A stretch of DNA of 32,000 nucleotides from Candidatus Nitrosopumilus sp. SW (GTDB lineage Archaea; Thermoproteota; Nitrososphaeria; Nitrososphaerales; Nitrosopumilaceae): positions 131,687 through 163,686 of the forward strand of contig NZ_CP035425.1 of assembly GCF_006740685.1 (NCBI RefSeq), read 5' to 3'. Both the position numbers and the translations under genes were made by a program. Every line of letters starts with the position of its first letter. Position 1 is the stretch's first letter. Positions 1-9,259 of this stretch are shown piece by piece. Below the pieces are notes generated by a model that ran no database searches, was not told the DNA's origin, and saw nothing but the letters and a program-made list of their open reading frames with translations.

Positions 1-224
1 AATCCAGATTCTTTGAGAATCTCTAAATGATGACGGATTGTTGTTAATGCTTTTTTGAATCCAGATTTTTTTAATGTAGTTGTAATCTGATCAGCAGAGA
101 GAGCTTGATGATATAATATCTCAACAATTTTTGCACGTGCAGGGTCTTCAATTGCTCGGGCGTGTTCAATACTTGTCGTAACAATACGATTTACTTTGAT
201 TGGCTTTTCTAGTAACGTAGACAT
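1..224 (-). CDS. ArsR/SmtB-like winged-helix transcriptional regulator (3' end cut by window edge)
   Basis: Not in the ORF track because it runs off the edge. Reverse-strand ATG at 224-222 reads MSTLLEKPIKVNRIVTTSIEHARAIEDPARAKIVEILYHQALSADQITTTLKKSGFKKALTTIRHHLEILKESG. This shows the DPxRxxI(V/L)xxL ... T(I/V)xxHLxxLxxxG pattern of ArsR-type HTH proteins. Confidence 0.6.
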   Translation of the reverse strand, partial: MSTLLEKPIKVNRIVTTSIEHARAIEDPARAKIVEILYHQALSADQITTTLKKSGFKKALTTIRHHLEILKESG

Positions 225-572
225 ACTGAATTTACCTTTATTTCTGATCTAAAAGATCCTTGTATCATATTTTTTTGTCTAATCGCATCAATTTTTTTTC
301 ATATCTAAAAAAATCATACCGCTATCAAATATACTGTTAGGACTACAATAATTATCATAGTGCAATCAATAAAAATAATACCACTACAATGTATCTTGTA
401 CTGGATAAAGAATTATTGTAACGGTCTAAGATTTTTTGTAAAATATCAAAAAACCCATGATCATGGGACAAAGGTCTGAAAACATGCTATCAGGACATAA
501 ATTTTCATATTTTCAAAAATACAATTCGAGTTGAAAGTTAACTACTAGTCAACATTAAATGTAAAAATGAAT

Positions 573-1397
573 CTACAAGGATTTACCAGAGATTTTTTCA
601 TATGCAGTGACATAACGTTCTGTCATTTTAGAAATAATTTCAGAAGGAATTTCAGGTGCAAGTGGTTCTTGTCCGTTATCACGAGCATCATCAAATTGTT
701 TTTGATATCCATTTGCAGTTAACCAATCTCGTAGGAGTTGTTTATCATATGCTTCTTGGATTTTTCCAACCTCAAAGGAGTCTTTTGGCCACAACCGATA
801 TTCATCAGGACCAATAGAATCACCCAGAGTGATCTTACCATCTAAAATTCCAAATTCTAATTTCAAATCAGCCAAGATAAAACCAACATTATCTGCAATT
901 GCAGCCATCTTTTTGTAAATTTCAATCGAAGTTTTTTCTAACCAATTGTATTGTTCTTCAGAAACAAGATTCATTTCAATTGCTTTTGTTTTGTCAATTG
1001 GAATATCATGTTCAGATTTGGTAGTAGGATCAAATATTGGCTCTGGAAGTTTTGCAGCAAGAGTAGTGTCAGTTCCCTCAGGAACTTTAACTTCACCTTT
1101 CTTCCATCTGCTTACCAAACTACCATAAAAATAACCACGTACTACACATTCTATTGGAAGCATTTTCATTTTCTTTACAAGTATCTCGGTTTCAGATTCA
1201 CGTTTAATGAAATGATTTGGAACATCTAGTTCATTGAACCAAAATTCAGCAAATTTGCATAGAACTTCTCCCTTCCTAGGAATATCTTGCTTGAATTTGA
1301 CATCATATGCAGAAACTCGATCAGAGAATTTGAAGAGTAAAGTGGTATCATCAACATCATAAAGATCCTTTACCTTTCCACTGGTAAGAAATTTCAA
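573..1397 (-). CDS. purC: SAICAR synthase (phosphoribosylaminoimidazole-succinocarboxamide synthase)
   Basis: 274-aa [11 protein letters not shown]...[10 protein letters not shown] and the rest look like PurC end to end. The start is TTG (caa 1395-1397), with an in-frame TAA a few codons upstream and no nearby in-frame ATG. Confidence 0.95.
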   Translation of the reverse strand: MKFLTSGKVKDLYDVDDTTLLFKFSDRVSAYDVKFKQDIPRKGEVLCKFAEFWFNELDVPNHFIKRESETEILVKKMKMLPIECVVRGYFYGSLVSRWKKGEVKVPEGTDTTLAAKLPEPIFDPTTKSEHDIPIDKTKAIEMNLVSEEQYNWLEKTSIEIYKKMAAIADNVGFILADLKLEFGILDGKITLGDSIGPDEYRLWPKDSFEVGKIQEAYDKQLLRDWLTANGYQKQFDDARDNGQEPLAPEIPSEIISKMTERYVTAYEKISGKSL

Positions 1398-1430
1398 GTA
1401 AAATTACTTTGTTTTTACAGAATTTAACTG

Positions 1431-1817
1431 CTAGGAACCCATCATGCCAACCATTTTGGGCATTTCACGGTAGGCCTTGTTAACAAATATGTCGTTATCA
1501 GCACTAATCATTACAAATTCCATAGAGTTTTCTGGAGGTGGAGATACGATGATCTTTTGCCCAACATTTAGAGTCTGAATATCCAAGATATCACCATCAC
1601 CAAAATTTATGTGGAGATTAGTTATTGGTTTGGCACCAATGTTTTGAATAGTAACTCGACCCATGGTAAACATTCCTTGCTCATCTAAAAGAGGGTCTAC
1701 AAAAATTTCATAATCTTGAGTGGTTACAGAAAACTTGAAAAAATCTGCACCAAAAACTGCACCAATTATCACAATTACCCCAATACCAACACAAAGAAGT
1801 GTAGTGTACTGTTTCAC
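1431..1817 (-). CDS. Membrane-anchored hypothetical protein (one N-terminal TM helix, beta-rich ectodomain)
   Basis: 128-aa ORF with a GTG start. It has the hydrophobic anchor LLCVGIGVIVIIGAVFGA. It lies on the same strand between DUF427/purF and purC. Confidence 0.6.
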   Translation of the reverse strand: MKQYTTLLCVGIGVIVIIGAVFGADFFKFSVTTQDYEIFVDPLLDEQGMFTMGRVTIQNIGAKPITNLHINFGDGDILDIQTLNVGQKIIVSPPPENSMEFVMISADNDIFVNKAYREMPKMVGMMGS

Positions 1818-1851
1818 AAAAACCCTATAGTATTTCTAATAATTAAATTGG

Positions 1852-2130
1852 TTACTTTACTTCAACGCCATTCCAAAATGCAACCATGCCCTTTATCTTC
1901 ATAGCAGCATCATTTGGTTCTGCATAATACCATGCACAATCTTTGTTTGTTTTTCCATTAACTGTTACAGAGTAATAATTCGCCATTCCTTTCCATCCAC
2001 AAAAACTAGTCATGTCAGTTTTTTCAAAGTATTCTTTTTTGATAGAATTTATAGGAAAGTAATGATTGCCTTCAACAACTACAGTGTCATCACTTTCTGC
2101 AATTATTTCTCCATTCCAAATTGCTTGCAA
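1852..2130 (-). CDS. DUF427 domain protein
   Basis: 92 aa. MQAIWNGEIIAESDDTVVVEGNHYFP ... WKG.A.YY ... AWYY.P matches the DUF427 pattern over its full length. The TTG start lies 2 nt after the purF TAA. Confidence 0.85.
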   Translation of the reverse strand: MQAIWNGEIIAESDDTVVVEGNHYFPINSIKKEYFEKTDMTSFCGWKGMANYYSVTVNGKTNKDCAWYYAEPNDAAMKIKGMVAFWNGVEVK

Positions 2131-2132
2131 TG

Positions 2133-3602
2133 TTAACTTGCTTCTCCTTTGATTTCTTCTCTGCTCTTAAACTCTGGAGTAATTCCAAGGGAATCATAAT
2201 TTCCAGAGGCACATGTAAAACACATAGAATCAGTTGGAATTCCAACAGCTGCTGCAAGATTCTCAGCATCATTATATCCCAAAAAGTCAGCACCTATACT
2301 TTTTCTTACCATATCTATTGTTTCTTCATCAGATTGGTCTTTTCCATTAGAAAATGTTGCAAGTTCTTCTTGAGATGGGAAATCAATTCCAGCATAGCAA
2401 GGGAATTTGATTGGAGGATATGTAATCACCATACTGATTTTTCTTGCACCAGCACGTCTTAGTGCCTTGATTATGGCTTTAGAACTAGTACCTCTAACTA
2501 AGCTATCATCAATTACAACTACATGTTTTCCTTCAATAATTTCTCTAATTGGAATAATCCATCGATTAATTTCTATTCTGTCAGTTTGGTGAGGTTCAAT
2601 GAAACTTCGTAATGGGCCTTTCTTACTGTATCTATCTTTGAGCAATCCTTCATCAAAAGACACACCAAGTTCTTGAGCATATCCTAATGCAGCAGGTCTT
2701 GCAGAATCAGGTACAGGTATTACTAAATCAGCATCTTTTATAGGAAATTTCTTTGCAAGATAACGACCAATATTTTTTCTTGCAACATAGATGTTAGTAC
2801 CTTCCATGTTACTTGTAGGATGAGCAAAATAAGTAAATTCAAATGAACAATGTGCACGTTTTGAATCATCAGAAAACATTTCAGTTTCAAGACCATCTTT
2901 GCTCATTCGGATTAATTCACCAGGAGTTACGTTTCGTTCCATTTTAGCTCCTACTGCAGAAACAGCAGAAGATTCTGATGCAACAATGTAAGTATCATCA
3001 GATTCTTTATGACCTAAAACCATTGGACGAAATCCTTTAGGATCACGTGCAGCGTAAACGGAATTATCATCAGAGATAAAAGTAAAACAGTAAGAACCAA
3101 CCATTTCATTTTTTAGGACAGACAATGCTTTTCCCATTTGTCCATTTTCAGAAATTAATGAAACAAGTCTTTGAGCAGCAACCAAAGTATCACTTGCATT
3201 TTGAGGAGTAAATGAACATCCACCAACTAAATTTGATAATTCTTGAACATTAGCAATGGTACCGTTGTGAGCAACACAGAGATCTTTTACTTTGAGAGGC
3301 TGGGCATTTTCCAGTGAACTTCTGCCCATAGTAGAATACCGAACATGTCCAATTACACACGGGGAAGAATACTCTTCAGAGATTGTTTTGAATTCAGATG
3401 ATGCAGCAGATACGAGACCTAGTCTTTTGAGTGGAGGTTTGTTTGGAATTGCAAGACCCCATGCTTCTTGACCTCTATGTTGTAAAGCACGTAATGCATC
3501 AATTGCCATTGGAATAACGTTGGTACCACTAAGACTATAAATTCCAATTACGCCACAATTTTCTTTTGGTTTATCATCAAGAATATGCTGAGGTTTATCC
3601 AT
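2133..3602 (-). CDS. purF: Amidophosphoribosyltransferase
   Basis: 489 aa. A short propeptide precedes the Ntn Cys (ENCGVIGI). It has the PRTase loop VVVIDDSLVRGTS and a C-terminal CFTC pair consistent with the Fe-S type enzyme. Its ATG overlaps the purL stop (ATGGATAA). Confidence 0.95.
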   Translation of the reverse strand: MDKPQHILDDKPKENCGVIGIYSLSGTNVIPMAIDALRALQHRGQEAWGLAIPNKPPLKRLGLVSAASSEFKTISEEYSSPCVIGHVRYSTMGRSSLENAQPLKVKDLCVAHNGTIANVQELSNLVGGCSFTPQNASDTLVAAQRLVSLISENGQMGKALSVLKNEMVGSYCFTFISDDNSVYAARDPKGFRPMVLGHKESDDTYIVASESSAVSAVGAKMERNVTPGELIRMSKDGLETEMFSDDSKRAHCSFEFTYFAHPTSNMEGTNIYVARKNIGRYLAKKFPIKDADLVIPVPDSARPAALGYAQELGVSFDEGLLKDRYSKKGPLRSFIEPHQTDRIEINRWIIPIREIIEGKHVVVIDDSLVRGTSSKAIIKALRRAGARKISMVITYPPIKFPCYAGIDFPSQEELATFSNGKDQSDEETIDMVRKSIGADFLGYNDAENLAAAVGIPTDSMCFTCASGNYDSLGITPEFKSREEIKGEAS

Positions 3603-5760
3603 GCAGTACCAAATCCCTTAACGAATTTAACCAAGTTTTTTGTGCTTTATCAACTCTTAGATCTATAATTGATTTTGTTCCCTTTACGAATTGAATCTTA
3701 TCTCCTCCAAATTTACCTATAATATTGTATGATGTCTTGTTCTTTTTGAGAATTTTTTCAATTTTTGAGAGATTTTTCTTATCAAATGTTAAAAGATAAC
3801 GAGAGTGACTTTCAGAAAATAATATTCTGTCAACATCTAATTTTTGAGAAGAGACTTTATCCAATGATACTTTGCATCCAATTTGGTTATTCATAGATAA
3901 TTCAGATACTGCAACAGCCAATCCACCTTTTGAGCAATCATGAACAGATTTCAAAAGTTTTTTTGGAATTATTTCCAATATAGACTTCATATTTTTCTTA
4001 GATTCAGCAAAATCAACTGTAGGACATTTTCCACCAATGAATTTGTGTATGTATTCAAAGTACTCTGAACCGCCGAGTTCATCTTTGGTTTCTCCAACAA
4101 TTATTAGACAATCATCTTTAATGATTCTTTGAGAAATCTGAGGATTTTTCTCAATTAGTCCGATAACCCCAATTAACGGAGTGGGTTTGATAGGGCCACT
4201 AGGAGTTTCATTATACAGACTAACTTTGCCTCCAACACAAGGAATTTTGAAGTCTTTTGCAAAATCAGTTAGTCCTTTTAGAGATTCTAAGAATGTCCAA
4301 AATATTTCAGGATCCTTCGGATTTCCAAATTGAAGATGATCTAACATTCCAATTGGTTTTGCTCCAGTACAGACAACATTTCTACATGCTTCTTCAAAAC
4401 ATCCAATTGCACCTTCTCGAGGATTAATGTAACATTGTTTTGGATTCCCATCAATCTTGACTGAAAGGAATTTCCCATTATCCAGCCTCAAAACAGATGC
4501 ATCTCTTCCAGGTTTTATCACAGTTCTAATTCCAACTTCGTGATCATATTGTCCATACACCCAAATTTTACTTGCAATGTTTGGAGATGCAAGTAGTTTC
4601 ATCATTGTTTTAGAATAATCAGATATTGGTTTGAGTTTCTTTTCTTTTTCAATATTTTTTAGATATGCGGGTTCTTTTGAGGGTAAATCAAGTAAGGTTG
4701 CATTTGCAACAACGTCTGTTGGAAGATTTGCAAATGTTTTTTTGCCTTTTTTGACATGCATTTGATGATCAGATTTTACACTTCCAATTACAGAGCAACC
4801 AATTCTGAATTTTTTACAGATTGCTTGTAATTTTTTGAATTTGGATTTACTAGTAACAATTAACATTCTTTCTTGAGATTCAGAGACCATAATCTCATCA
4901 GGATGCATGTCCGATTCTCTAGTGTGAACTTTGTCTACATCCATCTCTATTCCAATTTCTAATGCATCGGCAGTTTCAGAAATGGCGCAAGACAATCCAC
5001 CACCGCCCAAATCTTTCATTGCATGAATGAGTTTTTCATTTCTTGCTTCCAAAACTGCTTCAATGATTAGTTTCTCTATAAAGGGGTCAGGGATTTGTAC
5101 TGCAGAGCGGTCTTCAGACTCTAAAGAATCAGATGCAAACTGAGAGCCTCCAATTCCATCTCTTCCGGTGGAGCCACCCATCAGAACAACAATGTCTCCT
5201 TTTTTAGCATGATTTTTTATCAAGTTCTCTTTTTTGCCGAATCCTATAGCGGCAACATCTACTAGAGCATAATTTTCATAACATTGATCAAACTCAACTT
5301 CTCCACCAATAGTTGGAATGCCTAAACAATTTCCATAATCAGCAATACCAGTAACTGCATTTTTGAATAACCATCTTGCTTGTTGATCTTTTTCAATATC
5401 ACCAAATCTTAATCCATCAAATATTGCAATAGGTCTTGTTCCAGCAGACAGAATATCACGAATTACACCACCAACACCAGTTGCAGCTCCTCCATAAGGT
5501 TCTACGGCAGAAGGGTGGTTGTGACTTTCAATGTGTGCTGTCACAACATATCCGCCACCAACATCTAAAACACCAGAATCATATCCTTTCTCAGTTATTA
5601 CAAGAGGGCCTTTCATTGGCAACATTTTGAGATGTCTTTTTGAAGATTTGTAAGAACAGTGTTCAGACCATTCTGCTGCAACAATTTGAAGTTCTGTAGA
5701 AGTTGGGTCTCTTCCAATTTTGGATTTTAGTTCAGATAATTCTTGAGGCTCTAAACTCAA
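3595..5760 (-). CDS. purL: FGAM synthase II (phosphoribosylformylglycinamidine synthase, large subunit)
   Basis: 721 aa. The N-terminus GRDPTSTELQIVAAEWSEHCSYKSS and the duplicated AIR-synthase-like domains are typical of small-type PurL. The TTG start overlaps the purQ TGA (TTGA). Confidence 0.95.
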   Translation of the reverse strand: MSLEPQELSELKSKIGRDPTSTELQIVAAEWSEHCSYKSSKRHLKMLPMKGPLVITEKGYDSGVLDVGGGYVVTAHIESHNHPSAVEPYGGAATGVGGVIRDILSAGTRPIAIFDGLRFGDIEKDQQARWLFKNAVTGIADYGNCLGIPTIGGEVEFDQCYENYALVDVAAIGFGKKENLIKNHAKKGDIVVLMGGSTGRDGIGGSQFASDSLESEDRSAVQIPDPFIEKLIIEAVLEARNEKLIHAMKDLGGGGLSCAISETADALEIGIEMDVDKVHTRESDMHPDEIMVSESQERMLIVTSKSKFKKLQAICKKFRIGCSVIGSVKSDHQMHVKKGKKTFANLPTDVVANATLLDLPSKEPAYLKNIEKEKKLKPISDYSKTMMKLLASPNIASKIWVYGQYDHEVGIRTVIKPGRDASVLRLDNGKFLSVKIDGNPKQCYINPREGAIGCFEEACRNVVCTGAKPIGMLDHLQFGNPKDPEIFWTFLESLKGLTDFAKDFKIPCVGGKVSLYNETPSGPIKPTPLIGVIGLIEKNPQISQRIIKDDCLIIVGETKDELGGSEYFEYIHKFIGGKCPTVDFAESKKNMKSILEIIPKKLLKSVHDCSKGGLAVAVSELSMNNQIGCKVSLDKVSSQKLDVDRILFSESHSRYLLTFDKKNLSKIEKILKKNKTSYNIIGKFGGDKIQFVKGTKSIIDLRVDKAQKTWLNSLRDLVLHG

Positions 5761-6437
5761 TTGCTTACACCTATTTTAGATAATAGAGATTCAAAGATTA
5801 GAGAAGAAGGTTTGTTATCAATTGGATTGATTTCTGATTCAACAGCTCTTTCAGGATGAGGCATCATACCAACAACATTTCCATCTTCGTTACAAACACC
5901 TGCAATTCTATCTGAAGAGCCATTTACTACTTGCTCATATCGGAACACGATTTGATTTTTCTTCTTTAGTTCTTTCAGAGTATCATCATCAACATAGTAT
6001 CTACCCTCACCATTTGCAATTGGGATTGGAATTTTTTGGTGAAGTTTGAATTGATTTGTAAATGGAGTTTTGTTATTTTCTACAATTAGGTTTGTCCACT
6101 CACACATAAAATTAAGAGATTCATTTTTGAGTAAAACTCCAGGCAAAAGACCAGATTCTACTAAAATTTGAAATCCATTGCAGACTCCCAAAATAGGAAT
6201 TCCTTTTTTAGCTAATTTTTGAACATCCTTAATGATTGGGCTATGAGCAGCAATGACTCCTGCGCGAAGCCTATCTCCATATGAAAACCCTCCTGGGAGA
6301 ATCACAGCATCAATATTTTTTGGGAGAGACTTTTCATGCCAAAAGTATTGTGCATCAAGATTAAAGACATCAGTTAGAACATGATACATGTCACGATCAC
6401 AATTACTGCCAGGAAAAACTACTACCCCCACTTTCAC
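5757..6437 (-). CDS. purQ: FGAM synthase I (glutamine amidotransferase subunit)
   Basis: 226 aa. MKVGVVVFPGSNCDRD, the nucleophile elbow GVCNGFQ and MMPHPER are present. The GTG start is preceded by a TATA-like AAATTAAATATC at about -32 to -21. Confidence 0.95.
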   Translation of the reverse strand: MKVGVVVFPGSNCDRDMYHVLTDVFNLDAQYFWHEKSLPKNIDAVILPGGFSYGDRLRAGVIAAHSPIIKDVQKLAKKGIPILGVCNGFQILVESGLLPGVLLKNESLNFMCEWTNLIVENNKTPFTNQFKLHQKIPIPIANGEGRYYVDDDTLKELKKKNQIVFRYEQVVNGSSDRIAGVCNEDGNVVGMMPHPERAVESEINPIDNKPSSLIFESLLSKIGVSN

Positions 6438-6480
6438 AATTAGAATTAGATCTAGAGATATTTAATTTGAGTCTAGTGAG

Positions 6481-6498
6481 AAAAAATTATTGGAAAAA
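6481..6498 (-). terminator. Oligo-T tracts (T6, T5 in reverse sense) downstream of purS and upstream of the purQ promoter
   Basis: The reverse-sense sequence reads ...GATTGTTTTTCCAATAATTTTTTCTC, following the TCTCATGTATGAGA palindrome at 6515-6528. Archaeal terminators are typically oligo-T. Confidence 0.3.
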
Positions 6499-6641
6499 CA
6501 ATCGTGATCGCATGTCTCATGTATGAGATATCATACAGAAAGATGTCATTCTATTGAACAAGATAAAACAATACACTATACGGATGTAGTTCTAAAAGAA
6601 AAAGAGATCAGTTTCTTGGCGATGATCAAAGATGAAAAACC

Positions 6642-6902
6642 TTAGGCATCAAAAACGTCAATTGTGACTTTGCTTACCATAGGATTGTAGATACGTAAAT
6701 CATCACAGATTTCTTGAACTTTAGATTGGGCAGTTTTTTTGTCCTTTTCTTTAATTGTGAATTTTAGCATTTTTGCAGTTTTAATTTTTGATACAGTTTT
6801 GTGAGTTCCCTTCAGTACCAAGTCATTAAGGATTGTATCACCTTCAGGATCACTGATTCCAGGCTTGTTTTCGATAGTTACATGGACATTATACATTGCC
6901 AT
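6642..6902 (-). CDS. purS: FGAM synthase PurS subunit
   Basis: 86 aa. The size and the V.V..KPGI.DPEG..I...L pattern fit PurS. It has an ATG start and is separated from purQ by a 204-bp spacer. Confidence 0.9.
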   Translation of the reverse strand: MAMYNVHVTIENKPGISDPEGDTILNDLVLKGTHKTVSKIKTAKMLKFTIKEKDKKTAQSKVQEICDDLRIYNPMVSKVTIDVFDA

Positions 6903-7038
6903 AATAATTTGCAGAATTGAATTGAGGTTAATCTATCTTCCGAATGGTTTTGTGTTTTTATACTTATTTTGAAATAAACAGTAAAGTTTCCGGTTCTGAG
7001 GACTTGTGTTGTGCAGATATTACCCAGCCCAGAATCGG

Positions 7039-7425
7039 TTACTTTGAGTTCATGTTATTTTTTACAAATTCAGTATATTTTCTATAGAGTCCTGAGACAT
7101 ATTGGGGATTTTCTATAATGAGTTGTTTGTTTTTCAAATCTTCTTTTGATTGAAACATTTCTTTTTCGATGATTCCTTTGTTATCGAGAGTTATACAAAG
7201 ATCTTGCCATGCAAATACTTCAGATGCATTTCTATTTGCAGTTGCATAATACACATACAATAATCGAAGTTTATTGTATTCATCTTGAGTCATATGTTTT
7301 CCCAAGATATGATTTCTTTTCAAAGATTGAAAATAGACCAAACCGTCAGCAGTTAACACATAATCAAAAAGCTTTGGATAATCGTCAAGCTCAATTGGAT
7401 AAAGAGGGTTTTTTTGATCTATCAT
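7039..7425 (-). CDS. Hypothetical protein
   Basis: 128-aa ORF with an ATG start. I recognise no family. It lies 46 nt downstream of the candidate RHH gene on the same strand. Confidence 0.6.
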   Translation of the reverse strand: MIDQKNPLYPIELDDYPKLFDYVLTADGLVYFQSLKRNHILGKHMTQDEYNKLRLLYVYYATANRNASEVFAWQDLCITLDNKGIIEKEMFQSKEDLKNKQLIIENPQYVSGLYRKYTEFVKNNMNSK

Positions 7426-7471
7426 GAATAATTAGAATTAGGGATAGTAAATGAATAATTGTATTGTTGAG

Positions 7472-7627
7472 TTATGCTTTGTGTTTTTTTAATCCTTCAC
7501 TTAGAACTAAATTCAAAACATGTGAGAAGCTAACGGATTTTGTAGAGTTTCGGATCATCTTGGCTTGGATATTTCGTAGTTTTTCAGCATGTTCAGTTTT
7601 TAACACAACAGTGATTCGGTCTCCCAA
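7472..7627 (-). CDS. Candidate ribbon-helix-helix (CopG/MetJ-like) DNA-binding protein, 51 aa, TTG start
   Basis: Not in the track (under 60 aa). Reverse-strand translation is MGDRITVVLKTEHAEKLRNIQAKMIRNSTKSVSFSHVLNLVLSEGLKKHKA, which shows a beta-strand/helix/helix RHH pattern. A TTTTATAT box lies 22-29 nt upstream of the TTG. Confidence 0.45.
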   Translation of the reverse strand: MGDRITVVLKTEHAEKLRNIQAKMIRNSTKSVSFSHVLNLVLSEGLKKHKA

Positions 7628-7648
7628 TAATCATGATACATGTTTTTC

Positions 7649-7656
7649 ATATAAAA
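7649..7656 (-). promoter_or_regulatory. TATA-like box for the RHH candidate
   Basis: TTTTATAT in reverse sense lies 22-29 nt upstream of the TTG at 7627. This spacing is typical of short-leader archaeal promoters. Confidence 0.3.
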
Positions 7657-7740
7657 GGAGACACCAAATGCTCCAACAATAGATCTAGTCACGGTCAGGC
7701 AATATTGGAATTTATATCAGAATGATTTTGATAAATCAAT

Positions 7741-8205
7741 ATGGCAAGATCGAGATATTGGAAGATCACTTCTGAAGAGATGGAAGGATTCAGTTACAAA
7801 GAAGAAAACTTGCTAAATTGGGAGATAAAATGTGTAAGAGAACCAGAAGATGAAGCACATTTTATCGGAGTTTTCATGTATCGAAATGGTACAGCATATG
7901 ATTATGAGTCAGTAAAAGGAATTTGTTATTTTCATAACAACATAGACAGAAAAGAATTGCCGGAGATTACCAGTTTCCTTCAAGGGAAATTCGGGGGAAA
8001 AGAGATGGAGAAGGGAGAAAGGATTTTCTTAAGGGATTCACAAGAAATCTACTCAAGCAAGGATATTGCAAGTTTGGCAAAAGAGATGGAATCCAAATTC
8101 AACACAAAGGCCATAATTTCTTTAGAATTTGACGGTATTTCCATAGAGCAGTTAAAAGAAGATGGATTGCCGGAAGCAAAGTTGTTGCCAATTCCCGGCA
8201 AATAG
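7741..8205 (+). CDS. Hypothetical protein
   Basis: 154-aa ORF with an ATG start and TATA-like TTTATATC about 20-27 nt upstream. I recognise no family and see no signal peptide. Confidence 0.65.
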   Translation: MARSRYWKITSEEMEGFSYKEENLLNWEIKCVREPEDEAHFIGVFMYRNGTAYDYESVKGICYFHNNIDRKELPEITSFLQGKFGGKEMEKGERIFLRDSQEIYSSKDIASLAKEMESKFNTKAIISLEFDGISIEQLKEDGLPEAKLLPIPGK

Positions 8206-8232
8206 ATATAGCTAAAAACACAAAGAGATCAG

Positions 8233-9024
8233 ATGTCAGAGCTAGATGGTATCAATCAGCATTTTGAAGAATTACGAAAAAGAATACTTCGTATTGTATT
8301 GGTAATCGGAATCATCACAGGGTTCATTCTAACATTTCATGCCGAACCAATTCAAGTGGGTCAAACTATATTATACTATCCAACACCTGAACCATTAAAC
8401 AACATTGCAGCACAGATTACCAACCATATGAAAATTAATCTTGTACCTGAAGATGTACAATTAATTCAAACAGCACCAGGTCAAGCATTCTTTGCACAAG
8501 TGTACATTGCAGCTTTGGTGGGAATTGTAGTTGGGATGCCAGTAATCATCAAAGAGTTGGTAGGATTTATCAAACCAGCTCTTAAAGAAAACGAAATTAA
8601 TGTTAGCAGAAGCATCACAATTCCAGCATTAGGATTATTCATTACAGGATGTGCATTTTCTTACAATCTAGTTATCCCATACATTCTTGAGTTCTTATAC
8701 AGATATGGTGAATCAGCAGGATTAGTTACATTTCTCAACGTAATAGAATTTGTAACTTTTGTGTTGCAATTCTTGTTAGCATTTGGATTTTCATTTCAGC
8801 TTCCACTTGTAATGTATGCAATATCAGCATCAGGGATGGTTGATGCAGATTTTTGGCGCAAAAACATCAGATATGCAATTGTCATAATTGTGATCTTTGG
8901 TGCAATAATTACACCTGATGGAAGTGGTGTTACAATGTGGTTTATTGCAGGACCAATGATTGCATTGTATGCTACAGGCATGGTTCTCATTGAGCGTAAA
9001 GAACGCAAAAAGTTGAACACTTAA
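8233..9024 (+). CDS. tatC: Twin-arginine translocase subunit TatC
   Basis: 263 aa and six predicted TM segments. The N-terminal HFEELRKRILR motif and overall topology are typical of TatC. Confidence 0.92.
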   Translation: MSELDGINQHFEELRKRILRIVLVIGIITGFILTFHAEPIQVGQTILYYPTPEPLNNIAAQITNHMKINLVPEDVQLIQTAPGQAFFAQVYIAALVGIVVGMPVIIKELVGFIKPALKENEINVSRSITIPALGLFITGCAFSYNLVIPYILEFLYRYGESAGLVTFLNVIEFVTFVLQFLLAFGFSFQLPLVMYAISASGMVDADFWRKNIRYAIVIIVIFGAIITPDGSGVTMWFIAGPMIALYATGMVLIERKERKKLNT

Positions 9025-9052
9025 ATCCGAATTTAGATAAAGAGACTCAGAA

Positions 9053-9259
9053 ATGTTTGGAATGAATTTAGCCAATTTCATTGCAGGTCAAGAATGGATA
9101 TTCATCATAGTTATTGCTGTAGTGTTAATTTTTGGTGCCAAGAAAATTCCAGAATTAGCAAAAACCTTCGGTAAGGCTAAAGGAGAATTTGAGAAAGGTA
9201 AGATCGAAGGTGAAAAAGAACTTAAAGACTTCAAAGATAAAGAAGCAAAATCAGACTAA
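9053..9259 (+). CDS. tatA: Twin-arginine translocase subunit TatA/E
   Basis: 68 aa. A single TM segment is followed by the hinge FGAKKIPELAKTFGKA and a charged amphipathic tail. It starts 28 nt after tatC. Confidence 0.85.
   Translation: MFGMNLANFIAGQEWIFIIVIAVVLIFGAKKIPELAKTFGKAKGEFEKGKIEGEKELKDFKDKEAKSD

Noticed and set aside
6990-7038. Imperfect inverted repeat CCGGTTCTGAGG...CCCAGAATCGG just past the stop of the 128-aa gene, as a possible ncRNA
   Set aside because: The stem has mismatches and a 26-nt loop. It lies exactly where a 3'-end hairpin of the upstream gene would be, and I see no independent promoter or conservation evidence.
7039-7425. Doc/Fic-like toxin motif in the 128-aa protein (YYATANRNAS)
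   Set aside because: The catalytic His and the acidic residue of HxFx(D/E)(A/G)N(G/K)R are missing. The resemblance is limited to A-N-R.
7464-7682. Forward 72-aa ORF from the track
   Set aside because: It has an odd composition (C/F/R/S-rich) and no promoter-like spacing. The opposite strand encodes a much more protein-like RHH pattern with a well-placed TATA box.
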